A DNA stretch of 64,000 bases from an uncultured delta proteobacterium. Its GTDB lineage: Bacteria > Desulfobacterota > Desulfomonilia > Desulfomonilales > Desulfomonilaceae. The stretch lies in assembly GCA_963789265.1 (NCBI GenBank), contig CAWBKB010000006.1, positions 64,001 to 128,000 on the forward strand, read 5' to 3'. Under the pieces are notes generated by a model, which ran no database searches, had not been told where the DNA came from, and worked only from the letters and a program-made list of their open reading frames with translations. Below, piece after piece: positions 41,903 to 51,517 of this stretch. The number at the start of each line of letters is the position of its first letter. The stretch's first letter is position 1. The position numbers and the translations under genes are program-made.

Positions 41903-43261
41903 ATGTTTCGCCGAGGAATTACCCCGGGGTACGAGGTCCAACACGCACCGGAGCAGGAGCGAGACCGTCAAAAGGCGGCTCCTCCGTGGAAGGAATCTCA
42001 GCCGGAATGTTTGAACCGCTGTATCTCCCGCCGCGATTTTCTTATCAGTACAGGCATTTCTGCCGCTTTCATGCTGGGAGGAATGTCGTTAGCCAGGGCA
42101 CAGGGAAATCCCACAGAAAAGGTGGGCTTCCTCTTACCGGAACGCGGGCCTCATTCGCTGGAAGCGCGATCTTTGATCGCAGGATTTGAACTCTTTTTGA
42201 AAGAGAAGGGCGGGGAAGTCCCACCGGTTGAGATCTTGAAAAAGGATACGGGACCCGAGGACGAAAAAACTTTAGATGCTCTTGCAGACCTTCTGACGAA
42301 CCGGGACGTTCGTTTCCTCGTAGGTCCCCTATCGGCTAAAGGAACTGAACAAACAATTCACGGGGTGGGGAGTAGTAATGGGATTCTGTTCGTGACCAAT
42401 CCAGCCGTGCGCCTTGTAGCTGGAGAAATGTGCTTGCCTGGGAGTTTCCGGTTATGTGTTAATACTTATCAGGCGGCGCAACCACTTGCCTCTTGGGCCA
42501 TGAAACATATTGGCCGGACCGCATTCTTGACAGGTGACGACGACGCGGAAGGAAACGAAGAGGCCGACTTCTTCGCATACAGCTTCGAGAAAGCCGGCGG
42601 ATCATTTGCAGACCGAATCATGCTCTCCGACGGCGCAAAAGGGATAAAATCCGTCGTTGGGGCCGTGGCCGCGGCGAAATCCGACCTGGTCTTTGCCTCC
42701 TTCAAGAATGCCTCGGCGGTGGCTTTTCTCAAGGCTGCGCGAACTTCTGCCCATGCCGTCAAGCCACACATAATCGGCCCGCAATCTTTAACCGGGTTTC
42801 CTCACCCGCTTAGTGAGTTGGGGGAAGCTGCGACCGGAGTAAAGACGTTGACTCCCCTGAAGGATGCCGCCGGTTTCGCTCAAAAGATAAAGCGTCAAGT
42901 TGGCACTGAAGTCGCCGACGTTGCCAAGGCAGCAGAAGGCTACGATATAGCTGCCGCAATTTGCAGGGCCCTGAGCGGAAATGCCGGAGAGACTGACCTG
43001 TCGAAAATTATTAAAGCAGTTGAGGAGATTGAAATAGTCGGACCAAGGGGTAAAGTGCGCTTTGACAAGAACCACGAGCCACTTCTTGAGATGTCCGTTC
43101 AGGAATGGCAACGGTCCGGACAATCATTCAAACAAAAGATCGTGGAGAGTCTGGGAATCTGTCAGACTCCGGACTTCGGCTGTGGTCGTGTTGGCTTTCC
43201 CCGGAAACCTGAAGCCGAAGTCCCGGACGAAGAACCTGCTCAGCGAGAGAAGGGGGATTAG
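41903..43261 (+). CDS. Tat-exported LIV-type (type 1) periplasmic binding protein (start probably downstream)
   Basis: SRRDFL Tat motif, KVGFLLP..G, GPRGKVRFD. Confidence 0.85.
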   Translation: MFRRGITPGYEVQHAPEQERDRQKAAPPWKESQPECLNRCISRRDFLISTGISAAFMLGGMSLARAQGNPTEKVGFLLPERGPHSLEARSLIAGFELFLKEKGGEVPPVEILKKDTGPEDEKTLDALADLLTNRDVRFLVGPLSAKGTEQTIHGVGSSNGILFVTNPAVRLVAGEMCLPGSFRLCVNTYQAAQPLASWAMKHIGRTAFLTGDDDAEGNEEADFFAYSFEKAGGSFADRIMLSDGAKGIKSVVGAVAAAKSDLVFASFKNASAVAFLKAARTSAHAVKPHIIGPQSLTGFPHPLSELGEAATGVKTLTPLKDAAGFAQKIKRQVGTEVADVAKAAEGYDIAAAICRALSGNAGETDLSKIIKAVEEIEIVGPRGKVRFDKNHEPLLEMSVQEWQRSGQSFKQKIVESLGICQTPDFGCGRVGFPRKPEAEVPDEEPAQREKGD

Positions 43262-43331
43262 GAAGGCCCCGGTTTTTCGCCGGCACGGGATTCATTCGAA
43301 GTAACTATTCACTTATGCGCGGGGAGAGATT

Positions 43332-43487
43332 GTCATTGCGAGTCCCGCCTCCAGCGGGACGAAGCAATCTTTTCCTTTAAGGGCCGCCTAGATTGCTGGT
43401 GGGACGTCCCGCACGGAACGCGGGATTGCCCGTCATCCCTAATAGACAGGCTGGAAGCCTGTCCCACCATGCACTCCTCGCAATGAC
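43332..43487. repeat. Nested REP-like element
   Basis: GTCATTGCGAG...CTCGCAATGAC encloses GTGGGAC...GTCCCAC (43399-43467). Confidence 0.8.
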
Positions 43488-43542
43488 AAGGTGCAGAAGA
43501 TCCCGTGCGGAAGTTAATAGTTACCATTCGGAAATTCTTCAA

Positions 43543-43572
43543 TTGACAAGTTATGAGCCCTTTTGCTATTGT
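43543..43572 (+). promoter_or_regulatory. Sigma-70 promoter
   Basis: TTGACA-N18-TATTGT with TG extension. Confidence 0.6.
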
Positions 43573-43661
43573 GCGTTTTATACAGGGCGAGCCATCATTT
43601 CGGGGGTAGGCGGTACGATTTCCGACCCGCACCCAGCCTGCCTCATTAAGGAGTGTTTAGG

Positions 43662-44264
43662 ATGACAAAGCGAGTTCTCGTTCGTGCGTTACTGATCGTT
43701 GGCCTGCTGGCAGCATTTGGCGTAGGCCAAGTCTTAGCAGGAGGGCCGGTGTGTCCTCCTCCTGCCTGTCCACCCCCTTGTGCTCCGTCCATGCTGTGTC
43801 CGCCACCGATTTCGGTTTGCGGAATGGGACCCGCGTGTTGCCCGCCACCGGTCTGCGCCCCGCGCCCCGTATGCGGCCCGCCCCCTTGTGCTCCGCCCCC
43901 TTGCGCTCCGCACCGATGCAAAGAGAATCCGTTCGCTCAGTTGTGCAGGGGAGCTGTGGATTTAGTGGTAGGAGCGGTGACTCTACCTTTCAAACTAGTT
44001 GATTGTATTATAGACCACGGTTGTGGTCCCAGATGTGGTCCCGCACCGTGTGGTCCGATGGCCATGTGTCCTCCTCCTTGTCCGCCACCGGTCTGTGGGC
44101 CGCCAGTTTGCGGTGCTCCCGGTTACGGCATGAGAAGACCTATGCGATTCGGTAACCGTCACCATCGTGCCAGGAGATTCCTCCGTCCGTTCGCGAAGAA
44201 GGCTTCGCAGGCAGAGGCATTAATTGCCGACTCGTCTGACAGCGTATTCGGTCAATATTGGTAA
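43662..44264 (+). CDS. Secreted Cys/Pro-rich repeat protein
   Basis: AAGGAG RBS, signal peptide, 21 Cys in 200 aa in CPPP/CAPP/CGPP units. Confidence 0.85.
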   Translation: MTKRVLVRALLIVGLLAAFGVGQVLAGGPVCPPPACPPPCAPSMLCPPPISVCGMGPACCPPPVCAPRPVCGPPPCAPPPCAPHRCKENPFAQLCRGAVDLVVGAVTLPFKLVDCIIDHGCGPRCGPAPCGPMAMCPPPCPPPVCGPPVCGAPGYGMRRPMRFGNRHHRARRFLRPFAKKASQAEALIADSSDSVFGQYW

Positions 44265-44295
44265 TTGTTTTAAGTTGAAGATAATGAGGATCAGG

Positions 44296-44324
44296 AAGAG
44301 GGGACGCTAGCGTCCCCTCTTTTT
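44296..44324 (+). terminator. Rho-independent terminator
   Basis: AAGAGGGGACGC-TA-GCGTCCCCTCTT followed by T-run. Confidence 0.85.
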
Positions 44325-44428
44325 ATGCCTCGGAAGCACTTAGGGGCGGGCAGGCACGCCGGCTCCAGCAAACCGGTAGCGGCGGGCCTCCGTGCCCGTC
44401 GTATCACTTACATGAAGATGAAATGGTC

Positions 44429-45298
44429 TCACCCCCACCTCTTGATGCGGAAGATCTTCTCTTTGGCAAGGTTGATCGCCTTCATGCGCTCTTCATCGCC
44501 TCCGGCTGAGTCGGGATGATACTGCCTCGCCAGTCTGCGCCAGGCTTCGATCACTTGTTGTCTGGTGGCGTCTGTGGCCACTTCCAGCACCAGGAAATGC
44601 TTCTTCAGAGAGTATTCGAAGGTACTGCCCACGGATCGGCGGTGACGCTCGAACAGCTCCGGCGGTATTCGGTTGTCCGACCTGCGCCGCCGCATTTCGT
44701 CCTTCCATCTCAGTGTCTTGAGCGCGGCCTCGAGCAGCCCCGAGAAATTGCTCTTTTCAACCTGATCTCTCAGCGTGAGCGGTATAATTTCCCTCAAAGT
44801 CTCGGCAAGGTCCCGGACAACGGCCAGTGTGAGGTGGCTCAAATGAAACGCAGTAGGTTCCGCAGGACCGACCAGATAGTGCAACTTTCGTCTGAACGCC
44901 ACCATTTCAGGATCTTGGCACTCAGAATGTTCGTAACAGCGCCCGTCAGAGAATTCCGGCTCGTTCGGGCATTGGTCGTACCCGCCATCAAAAGGCCCGG
45001 ACCATCGCGTGCCCAAGCACCCGAACGGATCCATCTTCACCACCCAGACGCCGTTCTCTTCATGGTGAACAAGCGTACACCCTTGTAGATCTCTCTCAAT
45101 ATGGCGAAATACCCGGTGGAGGCGGTAACTGGAAAGGTTAAACAATCCGGCAATCTTTCTTTTGGATGTACCGGGGCATTTCAGGATAGTCTCCAAAACT
45201 TGACTTTGCAGATTCATCTGTTTCAAACTACTTCCTCGTCCTCTTCGAGATCGGGCAACAGATGGTCCTATTGTCAACCGTTGAGCATGGAAGATCAA
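44429..45298 (-). CDS. Protein with C-terminal J domain
   Basis: AWRRLARQYHPD...MKAINLA. Confidence 0.85.
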   Translation of the reverse strand: MIFHAQRLTIGPSVARSRRGRGSSLKQMNLQSQVLETILKCPGTSKRKIAGLFNLSSYRLHRVFRHIERDLQGCTLVHHEENGVWVVKMDPFGCLGTRWSGPFDGGYDQCPNEPEFSDGRCYEHSECQDPEMVAFRRKLHYLVGPAEPTAFHLSHLTLAVVRDLAETLREIIPLTLRDQVEKSNFSGLLEAALKTLRWKDEMRRRRSDNRIPPELFERHRRSVGSTFEYSLKKHFLVLEVATDATRQQVIEAWRRLARQYHPDSAGGDEERMKAINLAKEKIFRIKRWG

Positions 45299-45356
45299 GA
45301 CAGGGATCGGATTCCGATCTCAACTAAAAGGACTGACCACTCGATTATTTTTACGG

Positions 45357-46259
45357 CTATAAATCCCCCCTAATATGAATAAAATCTATAATGTTCCTTA
45401 ACTCAGGCGTCAAATTAGGCCAAGTCGATTCTCTTTCTCGGCAGTCGATGATCCGCAAGCTCTTTGGTGGGACCCAGGGGGACCATTGAATCGGGTCGCC
45501 GGCAACGAAGAAAACAACGGAGGGTATCCCTAGCCCCGCCGCAAGGTGGCTGATTCCAGAATCATTTCCCACAAAAAGCCTCGCACCGCCCAGTTGCTCA
45601 CACAACTCGACGATGGATTTGTTTTCCACAAGATTTGTACCCGGTCCGCGGACAAGCCTCTCCCAGTCAGGATCCTCTCTCAGGAAGCCATCCGCTTCAC
45701 CGGCAGTCACCACAAGCGATAAACCGGTCTCCGTATGCACAGTCTCGGCCAGGCGTCTCATAGTCTCCAAGGGAATACATTTCTTGGAGCTACCACTGCC
45801 GGGATGAAGCCAAACCAAGTCACTGTTCCCTCGCCGGGCCAGTTCCGCGAGGGCCGGTCGTCTCGGCGGAACATTGAGTCCAAGCGCTTCGTGTAGGCTC
45901 TCGACCACGTGTTTCCCTTGTGCGGGGATGGACGATGCGGTGAGTACCGACTTCGTTCCGGTTTTGGCCAAGTTTCTTGCTACGTCGTCGGCATTTTTCA
46001 GAATGACGTACACGCGGTTGAAAGCTGTCGCGGATTGCTCGGTATTAACCGATTCGAAAAGCCATAGCCACCGGGCAGCATCAATAGACTGGAACTCGAC
46101 GCCGGCCGGCAACAGGTCCCTATACGAAGGATTTCCGAGGAACGTTATCTTCGCTTCGGGATATTCGGATTGTATGGATGCCAAAAGAGGCAAAGAAAGA
46201 ATCGTGTCACCTAATGCGCCGGGGCGAACGATCAGGACTGTCACTGAGGAGATAGGCAT
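45357..46259 (-). CDS. Glycosyltransferase family 9 (heptosyltransferase-like)
   Basis: RPGALGD, HPGSGS..K, VGNDSGISHLAA. Confidence 0.92.
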   Translation of the reverse strand: MPISSVTVLIVRPGALGDTILSLPLLASIQSEYPEAKITFLGNPSYRDLLPAGVEFQSIDAARWLWLFESVNTEQSATAFNRVYVILKNADDVARNLAKTGTKSVLTASSIPAQGKHVVESLHEALGLNVPPRRPALAELARRGNSDLVWLHPGSGSSKKCIPLETMRRLAETVHTETGLSLVVTAGEADGFLREDPDWERLVRGPGTNLVENKSIVELCEQLGGARLFVGNDSGISHLAAGLGIPSVVFFVAGDPIQWSPWVPPKSLRIIDCRERESTWPNLTPELRNIIDFIHIRGDL

Positions 46260-46287
46260 GTGAAAATAGAAGACTGCGATACAACCA

Positions 46288-47370
46288 CTAGTCTGTTCTT
46301 CCCGTTCTCAACCACTCAAGTATTCTCTCCGAAACGATACTGTTGGCCAACCGGTTCGGATGGTGATCTGCGCTACTCACAATGTACTTTCGATGATCGT
46401 AATCTTCGACTGTGGTGCTGTGTTCGATTGACTTGCGAGCCCATATATGCGGCATATTGTGCTTTGAGAATAGATCGGCAAGGAACTTGATTCGCCAATT
46501 CAGAGGCTTCCATGCCCTGTGCAGCCCCTCAAAGACCAGAAACACGTGCTCTAGGCCTCGGGTATTCAAGTCTTTCGATACCGTTAATAAAATGGCCTTG
46601 CCAAGCTCTTCCTTCTTGGATCGTTGGGGGTCGCTTGGACTATTTGCATCATTCCAGTCGGGGAATATTCGAAACATGACGAGTCGCCCCAGATAGGACG
46701 TTATCTCCGGTGGTCGGTCGGCAAAAAACTTGCGTTGGTCCGTCTCTATTGGGAGTCCTCGAAGATTCAGTTGTCCGTTGTTCACAACGAAATAAGGCTT
46801 CTGTCCTTGGTTCATTGTAAGGACGCATCTGTCAATGTCCGCGTCGAGAAGACTGAAAACGACGACCGGGTTGTGATAGAGTCCAATTGTCTTTTGATAT
46901 AGAAGATATATCTGATCAAGCCCGTAACCGCCGACGCCATAGTTTATCAGATAATATTTGGCCGAGAATTCACTGTTGTTATTCAAGATACCCTCAAAGC
47001 AATCCTCGGGAGGAACCGTGCATTGAGCAAAAGAATCTCCATAAAGAAGAACCGGGATTCTGGAGCCAATCTCGCTCGCCTGCGCGTGTAGGTAAGTGTT
47101 GGGCCTTATGCCGTGCTTTCTGTATCCCAGTAACGGATCATTGCGTACGGCAGGAGTGCCTCCGAAGGCAACCCATAATTTCCAGTATGTGTCGCTTGAA
47201 TCGCTTTCGGCATAGAGGCCGGGTGATTCCAACGGTTTCATGAAGGCAGGGCCGTGGAATAGTAGTGCTCTGAAAACGAGTTCCCCACCGACTAGTGTTA
47301 AACATACGGCCAAAACACTGACCGTCAGGTTGATAATTAAATTCTTCATGACGAGTCCTTCCCAAACCAT
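46288..47370 (-). CDS. Membrane-anchored SGNH/GDSL hydrolase-like protein
   Basis: YGDSF, NYGVGGYGLDQ, DHHPN; N-terminal TM segment. Confidence 0.8.
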   Translation of the reverse strand: MVWEGLVMKNLIINLTVSVLAVCLTLVGGELVFRALLFHGPAFMKPLESPGLYAESDSSDTYWKLWVAFGGTPAVRNDPLLGYRKHGIRPNTYLHAQASEIGSRIPVLLYGDSFAQCTVPPEDCFEGILNNNSEFSAKYYLINYGVGGYGLDQIYLLYQKTIGLYHNPVVVFSLLDADIDRCVLTMNQGQKPYFVVNNGQLNLRGLPIETDQRKFFADRPPEITSYLGRLVMFRIFPDWNDANSPSDPQRSKKEELGKAILLTVSKDLNTRGLEHVFLVFEGLHRAWKPLNWRIKFLADLFSKHNMPHIWARKSIEHSTTVEDYDHRKYIVSSADHHPNRLANSIVSERILEWLRTGRTD

Positions 47371-47611
47371 GCAAGTTAATTGTCAAAGAGGTCCGTGTTT
47401 GGACTTATAAGGCAGTCGTGCCGTATCGGAGCATTTTGGGGAGCACAGAGCAATGACGGTTCTGTTTCCCCGAACCCGAAAAAGCTGGGAGGATGTCTGA
47501 CAAAGCCCACCAGGACGAGACCCTTGTCACTTCGTGCGAAAAGACTTCTTTCCCGGTCATCGAAAATACTTAACCGCACGCCTCGAATCAAGCAGCGAAG
47601 TGAAGGTTTGG

Positions 47612-48832
47612 TTAGAGTTTCCTGGCTGAAGCCCAGCGGTAGATCTTTTCAGCGGCTTGGAAGTGATGTGGGGTGTTGAGGACCACGATCACGCGTTCCT
47701 TGTTTTGGTCTTTAAAAAGAGCGACGATGCATCTGCCGGCCGCGTTTGTGTATCCGGTCTTGGCTCCGGCGACCGGTAAGTTCCTCGCCAATAGCCTGTC
47801 ATTGGATCTCAGCACGAAATCATGTGGGATGGCATTGCGCGTCCGCATGGTAAAGGTCCGCATTGCTGCGATCTTGCGTATGATCGGATGTCTGAATGCT
47901 TCCCGGGCAATAAGAGCGACATCTTCGGCGCTAGCCGTATTGGACCTCCGAGCTTCGAGACATCTGCCGCCTTTCCTACCCAACGTGATCCTCATATCAA
48001 GTCCGCTGGGGGTGTAAAGATTCGTGTGGGTAGCGCCGATTTGGGCAGCGCGCCGATTCATAGCCACCATAAACCCATCCCTACCGCCCTTCTGGTAGGC
48101 CCGGGCCAAAACCTCAGCGCAATCGTTTCCGGATTCGATCAGCATCCCGTGAAGAATATCGCGCACGGTGAGTAGATCTCCCGGTCTAAGCCCGACCCTA
48201 CAACGTTCCACTTGGGTGATATCGGCAGGAACCTCCAAAACTCTGTCCAGATCCATCTGTTCGATCACAACGAGGGCTGTCAGCAACTTTGTAATACTGG
48301 CTATGGGCAGGGGTGTGTCTATATTTTGTGCCAGCATGACCTTGTCGGAAGAACAATCAAGACAAAACATAGCCTTGGCACGTACGTGAAGCTTGGAACC
48401 GGCCCGGCGTGCTCTGGCGACCGGCGCAGAGAGTCTGCCCGGGATCTTCGGGGCACAAGGTACGCTCACTCTCGAGTGTTGGGGCGAGGAGTTACCGGAC
48501 TCCAAATGTGCCGTGCGGGTTGCGCGAAGGTTTTTGAGGCTCGGAGGCGCGGACGCAGGGACAAGACCCGAATGTTCAGCCGCAGCGCGTATGGGCGACA
48601 GCCGATGAGCAGCGGAGAGGCCCTTAGTTGAGACTCGGCCTGATCGGCGCTTTATATAAGTGCTCCGCCCGACGGCTCGGGGCTTGGACTGGATCACGAC
48701 GGCCTTCCCTTGACCAACCCTCTTGACCATGTCCTGAAAGGAGCTTTCAGAATGGATAGGCTGGAGGGCCCAAGCGTATGGGCCGCCGAGCAAGATTACA
48801 AAGAGACATATTAATAAAAGCCGGAAACGCAA
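47612..48832 (-). CDS. D-Ala-D-Ala carboxypeptidase/endopeptidase (peptidase S11)
   Basis: ASITK, SGND, KTG motifs. Confidence 0.92.
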   Translation of the reverse strand: MRFRLLLICLFVILLGGPYAWALQPIHSESSFQDMVKRVGQGKAVVIQSKPRAVGRSTYIKRRSGRVSTKGLSAAHRLSPIRAAAEHSGLVPASAPPSLKNLRATRTAHLESGNSSPQHSRVSVPCAPKIPGRLSAPVARARRAGSKLHVRAKAMFCLDCSSDKVMLAQNIDTPLPIASITKLLTALVVIEQMDLDRVLEVPADITQVERCRVGLRPGDLLTVRDILHGMLIESGNDCAEVLARAYQKGGRDGFMVAMNRRAAQIGATHTNLYTPSGLDMRITLGRKGGRCLEARRSNTASAEDVALIAREAFRHPIIRKIAAMRTFTMRTRNAIPHDFVLRSNDRLLARNLPVAGAKTGYTNAAGRCIVALFKDQNKERVIVVLNTPHHFQAAEKIYRWASARKL

Positions 48833-49135
48833 TGATCCTCCACGGGTAAGAATGCACAGTGATGTGCCACAGGTGGCACTAATACTTCATAAAAGAGATG
48901 CAATCCAGAGAAATTATTTCCATACCCCATCCAAATCTTCGCCGAACAGTGTCAAGATATTAAAAATAAAAAATAAAGAGAAACTTGTCAAGGCTATTTT
49001 CGACGGAAAGGTAACCCCTAGTCATGCCGGGGACTTTTCGAGTCAGAGCCATTGCGATGAGTCAAATCCCGCGACTCGGGGGCTCGCAATGACAATCGGT
49101 TGACACTGACAAATGAATTGATGTGCAGAAAGTTT

Positions 49136-50429
49136 TCAAGGGTATAGCCTGTCCATCAATCTAGGGAATGCGATCGCCTCCCTGACATGGTGGATCCCGG
49201 CTATCCATGCAACGGTTCGTTCGATGCCCAGCCCAAAGCCCGAGTGTGGAACCGAGCCGTAACGCCGCAGGTCCAGGTACCATTCGAGCGGGCCGCGGTC
49301 GAGACCATGAGCATCAATCCGTTCCTCGAGCTTGTCTAACGAATCCTCCCTTTGTCCGCCACCAATGATTTCCCCGTAACCCTCCGGCGCCAAGAGGTCA
49401 ACTGCAAGTGCCAGGCGGTCGTTCGCGTCGTCTCTTTTCATGTAGAACGCTTTTACATCCGCTGGATAGTGCGTGACGAAAACCGGCCGGTCGAAAGCCT
49501 GTGACAGGACGGCTTCTTCATCGGCTCCAAAGTCGTCTCCCCAGTTGAAAGCCGTCCCGTGTTCCTTGAGTATTTCTACTGCGTCAGAGTAAGTGACACG
49601 CGGGAAAGGAGAAACGGCTTCTTCCAGGACAGAGGTATCGCGTTCCAGGACCAGAAGTTGCTGAGGACATTTCTCCAGAACATCTTTTACTATCCGGCAG
49701 ACAAGGGCTTCAGCTAGGTCTATGGTTTCAGGGAGCTCATAGAAAGCCATCTCCGGCTCTATCATCCAGAATTCAGTGAGGTGGCGGCGCGTCTTGGACT
49801 TTTCCGCTCTGAAGGTGGGCCCGTACACGTATATCTTCCCTAGAGCCATTGCTGCTGCCTCGCCGTATAGTTGCCCTGACTGAGTGAGATAGGCGGAGCG
49901 GTCAAAGTAGCCCACCTCGAAAAGTGACGTTGTTCCTTCGCACGCGGTCGGGGTGAGTATGGGGGCTTCCACGGAGACAAATCCAAGGTCATCGAAAAAA
50001 GCTCGAGCCGTATGGGTTATAACTGAGCGAATCTTCAGAAGAGCGGTCTGCCGGGAAGATCTCAGCCACAAGTGGCGATTATCCATGAGGAAGCTTACTC
50101 CGTGGTCCTTCTTTGAAATGGGGTACTCCGCGGCTTCGGAAACCAGCTCGATGTCGTCGGCCGCGATCTCGAATCCTAAAGGCGACCGCGGATCCTTCTT
50201 CACTTCTCCTCGTAAGATTACCGATGACTCGTACGGCACGCGGTCCGCCAGCTCAAATGCTCGCGGCGGCACCCGGTCGGCCGTTACGACGCACTGAACC
50301 ACCCCATGTCCGTCCCGCAATTGTACAAAACGAATTTTTCCCGAAGATCGGCGATTCGCCACCCACCCTCTGAGTTCCACCGTCTGCCCTTCGGTACTGG
50401 GCTATGTTATCTATTGAGATCCACTTCAT
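49136..50429 (-). CDS. asnS: Asparagine--tRNA ligase, one +1 frameshift (~50393)
   Basis: TQSGQLY, FRAEKSKTRRHLTEFW, GEIIGG, GFGLGIER; N-terminus MKWISIDNIAQY in another frame. Confidence 0.95.
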
Positions 50430-50688
50430 GAACACCTCGAGGTTCTCGCTGTCGGCTATTTAATGGCATTGTGCCTCAGGTCGCGAGGACCGGTCAAGGG
50501 CGTAGCCGGCCCTAAGAGGCTGTCTGAAAACTGCTTTGATGTCGGAAACGTGCCACGATTATGTTGTATGCCCGGATCTTGAGAGAGCCTTCTCTCTCGC
50601 AACTCTGTCGATCTGAAAGCCCTCTTTGTTACCCGGAATGGGCGCTCCCCATTGCATACCGCATAAGGCTCTGATAAGAAGATCGTCA

Positions 50689-51507
50689 ATGAAAAGACCG
50701 AACTTTATCTATAAGCGCCGAAATACACCCACGCAGCGAAGATCCAACTCTTATTTGACGGTTTGCCTCGTGATTATCATGACTATACTCGCTGTAGGTG
50801 TGAGTCGGTCGCTCGCGGATCCAAACATCAGACCGCAGGATATTCCTGAGACTTTGGCAAAGAAAGGGAAGAATATAACCGCATTAAAATGCGTCATGAG
50901 TGTAAGCAGCATATATGATAGAGGAAAATCTCGCCAGGACATCAAAGGATTTCTCCTGTACAGGCGGCCCAATGATTTCAGATTTCAGGGAATAGCGCCG
51001 GCGGGTAATTCCTTGTTTGAGTTGGTCATCAAAGCCAATCTCTTTGAACTCTATGTCCCTACGGACGGAAAAATTATCAAGGGCGGAAAACAATGCTTTA
51101 GCCGTAGGTTTCCGGATGTCGCGGAAATTGAGGGCTTGATCCCCCTGATGCTTCTCCAGTGGAAGGACGTCCGTTTTGACAGGGTGCTACGAAGCGAGCC
51201 GGACAAGATCGTTATCCGCTTGGCTTTTAAGGGCCGCGTTTGGGGGGCCACTCTGCAACCTCAAAAATTGCTGTTGACTCGTCTTGTAAGACTCAGCCCC
51301 AGTGGTGATGTTGATCTGACGGCTGATTTCACCGATTTTGAATCGAGCAATAACGGATGGCTTCCCCGGCGCTTTGAAGTACAATCCCCACCAGGAGGCT
51401 GGAAAACGTTGGTGAGGATCAACAAAATCGAATCAAATCCGTTTTTGGTGGAAAAGAATTTCCAGCTCCAGACGACTTTTTCGACCAAGACCGAAGAATG
51501 TCGATGA
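50689..51507 (+). CDS. Exported hypothetical protein, possibly LolA/LolB-like beta-sheet fold
   Basis: Signal-like hydrophobic stretch; G.LLYRRP..FRF and WLPRRF pattern. Confidence 0.7.
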   Translation: MKRPNFIYKRRNTPTQRRSNSYLTVCLVIIMTILAVGVSRSLADPNIRPQDIPETLAKKGKNITALKCVMSVSSIYDRGKSRQDIKGFLLYRRPNDFRFQGIAPAGNSLFELVIKANLFELYVPTDGKIIKGGKQCFSRRFPDVAEIEGLIPLMLLQWKDVRFDRVLRSEPDKIVIRLAFKGRVWGATLQPQKLLLTRLVRLSPSGDVDLTADFTDFESSNNGWLPRRFEVQSPPGGWKTLVRINKIESNPFLVEKNFQLQTTFSTKTEECR

Positions 51508-51517
51508 AGTCACCCCG

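Noticed and set aside
10040..49093. Repeats as a CRISPR array or IS ends
   Set aside because: No regular repeat-spacer periodicity, cas genes or transposase
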